Below, piece after piece: positions 59,271 through 64,000 of a stretch of 64,000 nt of DNA; position 1 is the first letter of the stretch; every line of letters begins with the position of its first letter. Location: NCBI GenBank assembly GCA_965207735.1, contig OZ242296.1, forward strand, positions 1,824,001 to 1,888,000, written 5' to 3'. Origin of the DNA: Candidatus Versatilivorator sp. Its GTDB lineage: Bacteria; Acidobacteriota; Terriglobia; Versatilivoradales; Versatilivoraceae. Below the pieces are notes generated by a model. That model was not told where the DNA came from. It did no database searches and worked only from the letters and a program-made list of their open reading frames with translations. Both the position numbers and the translations under genes were made by a program.

Positions 59271-59463
59271 AATACTTGCAGCCGAACTCGCAGCCCCGAT
59301 AAGGGTTGATGGTCCAGTAGAACGGCATTTCCGGGTTCGAGCAGCGGTTCAGCACCGATTTGACCTCGATGGACAAATAGCGGGCCCGGCGCTTTTGCAA
59401 CAATGGAGTGCTCTCCGCAGCCAGTCGGGCAATGCCTACCAGTTTGTCGGATTCCTTGGTCAT
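59262..59463 (-). pseudogene. Radical SAM protein, 5' part (67 codons including CxxxCxxC)
   Basis: MTKES...KSVLNR...MPFYWTINPYRGCEFGCKYCYA; reading runs into ICE sequence and stops at 59233. Confidence 0.92.
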
Positions 59464-59471
59464 AATTATAT

Positions 59472-59486
59472 ATTCGCTTTTTATTC
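59472..59486. promoter_or_regulatory. LexA-box-like direct repeat ATTC-N7-ATTC
   Basis: TATTCGCTTTTTATTCGC lies between a minus-strand TTGACA (59493-59498) and the ATG at 59463. Confidence 0.55.
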
Positions 59487-60016
59487 GCCCTATGTCAAGC
59501 TTTTTACCCGGCGGTCAATAAGCCTCTCTCAGAGAGCAGGTGGTCCATGGGCTGACGCCCACGGCTAAGTGCTGCCGCCGCCTTGGCGGCTGTCTGGAAC
59601 CCCGGGCCGGCGCCCGGGAGATGATCATTCTGTATGATCCTTCCCTTCGCCCGAGACCATCGCCGGAGTCTGCGTTTCGTGCTGCAGGCTCTGGTCCTGG
59701 TTATCCTGTGCATCCTGTGCATCCATGTTCAATTTATAGTCCTTCTCGATTGATCTTCCCCGTGGCGGGCCTTGGCTGCGCCCAAGGCCCCGATTCCAGG
59801 TCGGCGTCCCGTGCAGCGGCCTCTGGTCCTATTAATCCTGTCCCTTGGGTTGCCGCTCAGTTTCCGTGCGATGCGGTTCGTCTTCAAAAACGATCGGCGG
59901 TTTCCCCCCCGAATAGACCGCACGGCATGGCCGAGGCCCGGTTGACCACATACCGGACATGCTCCTGAGCCGGCCCGGTTTACAGCTTCGGCGATCTGGG
60001 CTAATCTGTCTCGGCC

Positions 60017-60850
60017 ATGCCCTTCCTGAAAGCCCTGACCATTGCCGGCTCCGACTCGAGCGGCGGCGCCGGAATCCAGGCCGACCTGAAAACCTTCGCA
60101 GCTTTGGGGATCTACGGCACTTCGGCCATCACCGCGGTGACGGCCCAGAATGCCCTCCGGGTCGATGCCCTGACCTGTCTCCCGGTGAGCCTGGTGGTTT
60201 CGCAAATCCGGTCGGTTCTTTCCGACATCGGGGTTGAGGCCATCAAGACCGGGATGCTGGGCAGCCCGGAAATCATCCAGGGCGTGGCCTCGTCTCTGAG
60301 CCGCTACCCCGGCATTCCGCTGGTGGTGGACCCGGTCATGGCAGCCACCAGCGGCTCCGCCCTCCTCGAGGAGGGTTCGCTGGAGGTCCTGCGCCGCCAG
60401 CTCCTGCCCCTGGCACGGATTGTCACTCCCAATCTGCCGGAAGCCGAAGCGCTGGTTGGAAGCCAATTCAGGGACGAATCCGACTGCATCCGCGCAGCCC
60501 GGGAAATCCATGCCATGGGTCCGGGGTGGGTCGTCCTGAAAGGCGGCCATCGCCGAGAAAAAGTATCCGGTCCGGCGGGCGCCAGGGAGGTGGTCGACCT
60601 GGTCTTCGACGGCAGCGAGCTGCACCGGGTCAGCGGACCCTATCTTGAGGGGGGTCCCAAGCGGGGCACGGGATGCACCCTTTCGGCGGCCATCGCAGCC
60701 TTCCTGGCCAAGGGGCGCTCGGAAATGGAAGCGGTGCGCGAGGCCCGTGAGTACCTGAGCAGGACCTGGCGGTCCTCCGGCGAGTCAGGCCAAGCCGGCG
60801 GTCCACTGCACCATTTCCACGCATTCTGGCCGAAATCCGGGGATGGGTAG
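60017..60850 (+). CDS. thiD: Hydroxymethylpyrimidine/phosphomethylpyrimidine kinase
   Basis: [48 protein letters not shown]. Confidence 0.96.
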   Translation: MPFLKALTIAGSDSSGGAGIQADLKTFAALGIYGTSAITAVTAQNALRVDALTCLPVSLVVSQIRSVLSDIGVEAIKTGMLGSPEIIQGVASSLSRYPGIPLVVDPVMAATSGSALLEEGSLEVLRRQLLPLARIVTPNLPEAEALVGSQFRDESDCIRAAREIHAMGPGWVVLKGGHRREKVSGPAGAREVVDLVFDGSELHRVSGPYLEGGPKRGTGCTLSAAIAAFLAKGRSEMEAVREAREYLSRTWRSSGESGQAGGPLHHFHAFWPKSGDG

Positions 60851-60903
60851 GGAGTGGTTAGTGGCTGGTCTGCCTGGGAGGAGTGAGAAAGACCGGTTCA
60901 GCC

Positions 60904-61521
60904 TCAGCCGGCTTTCCCGTCTCCTCCCAGGCTGACCAGCAGTTGATCCAGGATCGAGCCGATGCTGCCGGAAGCATTGACCCTTATCAGAATTCCCTGT
61001 CTGCGGTAGTGACTGAGAATGGGTTCGACCTCCAGGAGGTAATTCCGAAAACGCCCCTGGACAACCTCGGGGCGGTCGTCGTCGCGGCGCCTGGTGTGGA
61101 CTCCCGCGGGAGGTCGATTGCTGTCCAGGTTATAGGACCGTCCCTGATCGTCGATCACCCGGCCGGCGACTCGGGACAGAACGCCTTCCTCGGTGATCTC
61201 GAAGAGAACCACGGCCGAAAGGCTCAGGAGGGCGTCCAATGCCTCGGCTTGAGCCAGGGTGCGGGGATACCCGTCCAGAATATGCCCTTGATCGCCGTTT
61301 CTGTTGACGTATGTCTTGAACAAGTCGAGGACAATGGGTTCGGGGACCAGCTTGCCCGCTTTCAGATTGGCCGCGGTTTGCTTCCCCAGTTCCGTTTCAC
61401 TGCCCACCTCCATTCTCAGCATCTCTCCAAGAGAGAAATGCTTGAGACCGAAATGAGCGGCCAGGAGCTTGGACTGGGTTCCCTTGCCGCATCCCGGCGG
61501 ACCGAGAACAGCAATATTCAT
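60904..61521 (-). CDS. adk: Adenylate kinase
   Basis: GPPGCGKGTQ, G.LVP, LDGYPRT..QA, R.DD. Confidence 0.93.
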   Translation of the reverse strand: MNIAVLGPPGCGKGTQSKLLAAHFGLKHFSLGEMLRMEVGSETELGKQTAANLKAGKLVPEPIVLDLFKTYVNRNGDQGHILDGYPRTLAQAEALDALLSLSAVVLFEITEEGVLSRVAGRVIDDQGRSYNLDSNRPPAGVHTRRRDDDRPEVVQGRFRNYLLEVEPILSHYRRQGILIRVNASGSIGSILDQLLVSLGGDGKAG

Positions 61522-61749
61522 CGTCGTTAACCTCTGCCATTCAGCCGAGAAGCTGGATTTATACGGCCCAGTGAGCGACAAAGGGCCGCTTGACCGAGCG
61601 CTCAGTCTAACCCAAACGACCTCATTTCAGGAACCCCTTTCCCTGACCCTGGTCGCACGCCGCTCACCGGGGGCCGCGTTCCCACACGGAGAGACTTCCC
61701 TGAGGTGATTGCAGCGACGGAGGACTCGGTCGCTATTCCGGCATTGAAC

Positions 61750-61778
61750 TTGACAGCCGTCCCGGCGACGGCCACAAT
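61750..61778 (+). promoter_or_regulatory. sigma70 promoter candidate for the GT4-ABC operon
   Basis: TTGACA-17 bp-CACAAT; the spacer is itself palindromic (GCCGTC/GACGGC). Confidence 0.6.
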
Positions 61779-61857
61779 CGCCTCGGTTTCAGTGGAGACC
61801 GCCCAACCCCCGGTGCTCACCGGGCAGCGGCTCCCAGGCACCAGGCCAATTGATTTC

Positions 61858-63180
61858 GTGAAGATCCTCTCGATCACCGCAGGCGCGGCCGGCATGTACT
61901 GCGGCAGTTGCCTGAGAGACAATTCCCTGGCCGCGGAATTGACGCAACTGGGGCACGACGTCATCCTCCTGCCCGTCTATACCCCTACCCTGACCGACGA
62001 ACCCAATGTGAGTCAGGGCCGCGTATTCTTCGGTGGACTGAGTGTCTATCTCCAGCAGCTCCACCCCCTTTTTCGGAAAACTCCCTGGCTCCTCGACAGG
62101 GTTTGGGATTCCCGAGCCGTGTTGAAGCTCTTCTCGGGGCTGGGGGTCAAGACCGACCCCCGTCAACTGGGAGCCCTGACCCTGTCCATGCTGCAGGGGG
62201 AATCCGGCCATCAGAAAAAAGAGCTGCTCAAGCTGATCTCCTGGCTGAAGCAACAGCCTGCGCCCGATATCATCGTTCTGCCAAACTCCCTGCTGATCGG
62301 ACTGGCCGAGCCGCTGCGGGGCGCACTTCAACGGCCGGTCTGCTGCACTCTCCAGGGGGAAGACCTCTTCCTCAAAGGACTGCCGGAGCCCTACCGCAGC
62401 CAGGCACTGGAATCGATGCGCCGGCAGGTCCGATCGGTAGACGGATTCGCTCCTGTGAGCCGTCACTGCGCCGTCGCCATGCAGGAGCTGTTGGGGATCG
62501 ATCCGGACCGAATGCACCTGATCCCGCTGGGGGTTCGGCCAGGGGACTATGGAAACCGGCGGTCGCCGCGGTCAGATACTTTCCGCGTGGGGTATCTCTC
62601 CCGAATCGCCCCGGAAAAAGGTCTACAGGAGCTGTGCCGGGCCTACCGGCGCCTGAAGCAGCTAAGGGACATCGGCCCGACCCGGCTCGAGGCAGCCGGT
62701 TACCTGGGGCCGGAACACCGTGCCTATATGCAGCAGATCCGCAAGCAGATCCGCCAGTGGGGGCTGGAAGGAGAATTCTGCTATCATGGCTCCCTGGATC
62801 TTCCGGCCAAGATACGCTTCCTGGAGAGCCTGGACGTGCTCTCGGTCCCGGCCATCCACGACGAGCACAAGGGGATACCCATCCTGGAAGCCATGGCCAG
62901 CGGTATTCCGGTGGTGCAACCCCGCCGCGGCGCTTTTACCGAAATGATCGAGAAGACTTCCGGGGGCCTGCTCACCGATCCGGACCAGGAACACAGCCTG
63001 GCGGAAGGGCTGCATGCCATCTACCGGGATCCAGGCCTGGCCGATCGCCTGGCCCGAAACGGCCGGCAGGGAGTGCAAAACCACTATAGCCTGTCCCGCA
63101 TGGCCGCAGCGGCGGTGGAAGCCTATCGAGCCATCGCGCGGCGAGCTTCCTCCGAGGCATCGGGGGCAATCGCTCCCTAA
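61858..63180 (+). CDS. Glycosyltransferase family 4 protein
   Basis: GAAGMYCGSCLRD N-terminus; SRIAPEKG, E.KG...LEAMASGIPVV; GTG start assumed. Confidence 0.9.
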   Translation: MKILSITAGAAGMYCGSCLRDNSLAAELTQLGHDVILLPVYTPTLTDEPNVSQGRVFFGGLSVYLQQLHPLFRKTPWLLDRVWDSRAVLKLFSGLGVKTDPRQLGALTLSMLQGESGHQKKELLKLISWLKQQPAPDIIVLPNSLLIGLAEPLRGALQRPVCCTLQGEDLFLKGLPEPYRSQALESMRRQVRSVDGFAPVSRHCAVAMQELLGIDPDRMHLIPLGVRPGDYGNRRSPRSDTFRVGYLSRIAPEKGLQELCRAYRRLKQLRDIGPTRLEAAGYLGPEHRAYMQQIRKQIRQWGLEGEFCYHGSLDLPAKIRFLESLDVLSVPAIHDEHKGIPILEAMASGIPVVQPRRGAFTEMIEKTSGGLLTDPDQEHSLAEGLHAIYRDPGLADRLARNGRQGVQNHYSLSRMAAAAVEAYRAIARRASSEASGAIAP

Positions 63181-63184
63181 TCCC

Positions 63185-63850
63185 ATGCTCGAAATCAGCG
63201 GGCTCTCCAAGGACTATCCGACACCGCGGGGACCTCTCCATCTGCTCGAAAACGTATCGCTCTCCCTGGCCGGGGGCGAAGCCGCCGCCATCATGGGGCC
63301 TTCCGGCAGCGGCAAGAGCACCCTGCTCTACATCCTGGGCACACTGGAGCCGCCGACGGCCGGCGATGTGGTTCTGGACGGATGCCATCCCTTCCAACTG
63401 GCGGAGCGGGACCTGGCCAGATTCAGAAACCGCCACATCGGCTTCATTTTCCAGGACCACTGCCTGCTGCCGCAGTGTTCCGTTTTGGAAAACGTGCTGG
63501 CCCCGACCCTGATCGAGAAAGCCGCCGAAGACTACCGCCGGCGAGCGCTGGAACTGCTGGGCCAGGTGGGCCTCAAGGACCGCATGGACCACCGCCCCGC
63601 CGAGTTGTCGGGCGGCGAGAAACAGCGGGTGGCCATGGCCCGCGCCATGGTTCGCAACCCTTCGCTGCTGCTGTGCGACGAGCCTACCGGCAATCTGGAC
63701 AGCCGCTCGGCGGCGTCGGTGGCCGACCTGCTGGTTGAGCAGCACCGCCAGCATGGCTCCATTCTGCTGGTGGTGACCCACAGTCCGACCCTGGCCGCCC
63801 GTTTCCCGGTGCAGTACCGGTTGACGGACCGGCAGCTGCACAGAGTGTAG
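63185..63850 (+). CDS. ABC transporter ATP-binding protein (LolD-like)
   Basis: GPSGSGKS, GFIFQ, LSGGEKQR, CDEPTGNLD, VTH. Confidence 0.95.
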   Translation: MLEISGLSKDYPTPRGPLHLLENVSLSLAGGEAAAIMGPSGSGKSTLLYILGTLEPPTAGDVVLDGCHPFQLAERDLARFRNRHIGFIFQDHCLLPQCSVLENVLAPTLIEKAAEDYRRRALELLGQVGLKDRMDHRPAELSGGEKQRVAMARAMVRNPSLLLCDEPTGNLDSRSAASVADLLVEQHRQHGSILLVVTHSPTLAARFPVQYRLTDRQLHRV

Positions 63851-64000
63851 CAGGGACCCCCACCGCATTCGACGGGCGACGCATACGGGGGGAAAGATGT
63901 CATGGCATGAGGGATTCCTGGGAGTGCGCGGCCGGCGCCCGGGGCCCAATTTTTCCCAATATGAACATCGATGGACAGGATAAACAGGAGGAAAGGTTGC

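Noticed and set aside
59500-60016. TPP riboswitch upstream of thiD
   Set aside because: No CTGAGA...CCTGA core found on the plus strand.
61530-61750. Riboswitch or 6S RNA in the adk-GT4 intergenic region
   Set aside because: GC-rich stems are present, but I could not match the conserved cores of TPP, glycine, ZTP, ykkC or 6S RNAs; an Rfam/Infernal scan would be needed.

Overview
High-GC bacterial chromosome segment, most likely Acidobacteriota (inferred from a carboxypeptidase-like-domain TonB receptor, a CRTAC1/ASPIC protein and a GFSLIELL pilin). The flanks carry housekeeping and accessory genes: class III aminotransferase, mazEF, amt, a GriC/GriD-like carboxylate-reductase pair, gluconolactonase, RNase P RNA, thiD, adk, a GT4 glycosyltransferase and an ABC ATPase. 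The centre (about 15464-59270, 43.8 kb) is an integrative conjugative element bounded by a 9-bp core repeat (GGGCATAAC). It splits a Rv2578c/SplB-like radical SAM gene right at the end of its CxxxCxxC motif; precise excision would restore a 345-aa ORF whose promoter has a LexA-box-like direct repeat. The element carries a P4-type integrase, AlpA, a primase-helicase with an iteron/DnaA-box origin candidate, a VirB/VirD4 T4SS (virB9 apparently frameshifted), no recognisable HUH relaxase, ArdC and HicAB. It also carries a 16-kb nested defence locus: SNF2-DUF3883 helicase, PHP-ATPase, AlbA_2-HATPase, DUF1156 methyltransferase, AAA_21 + DUF4276, and HEPN-DUF499 ATPase. All family calls come from motif recognition by eye, not from database searches.
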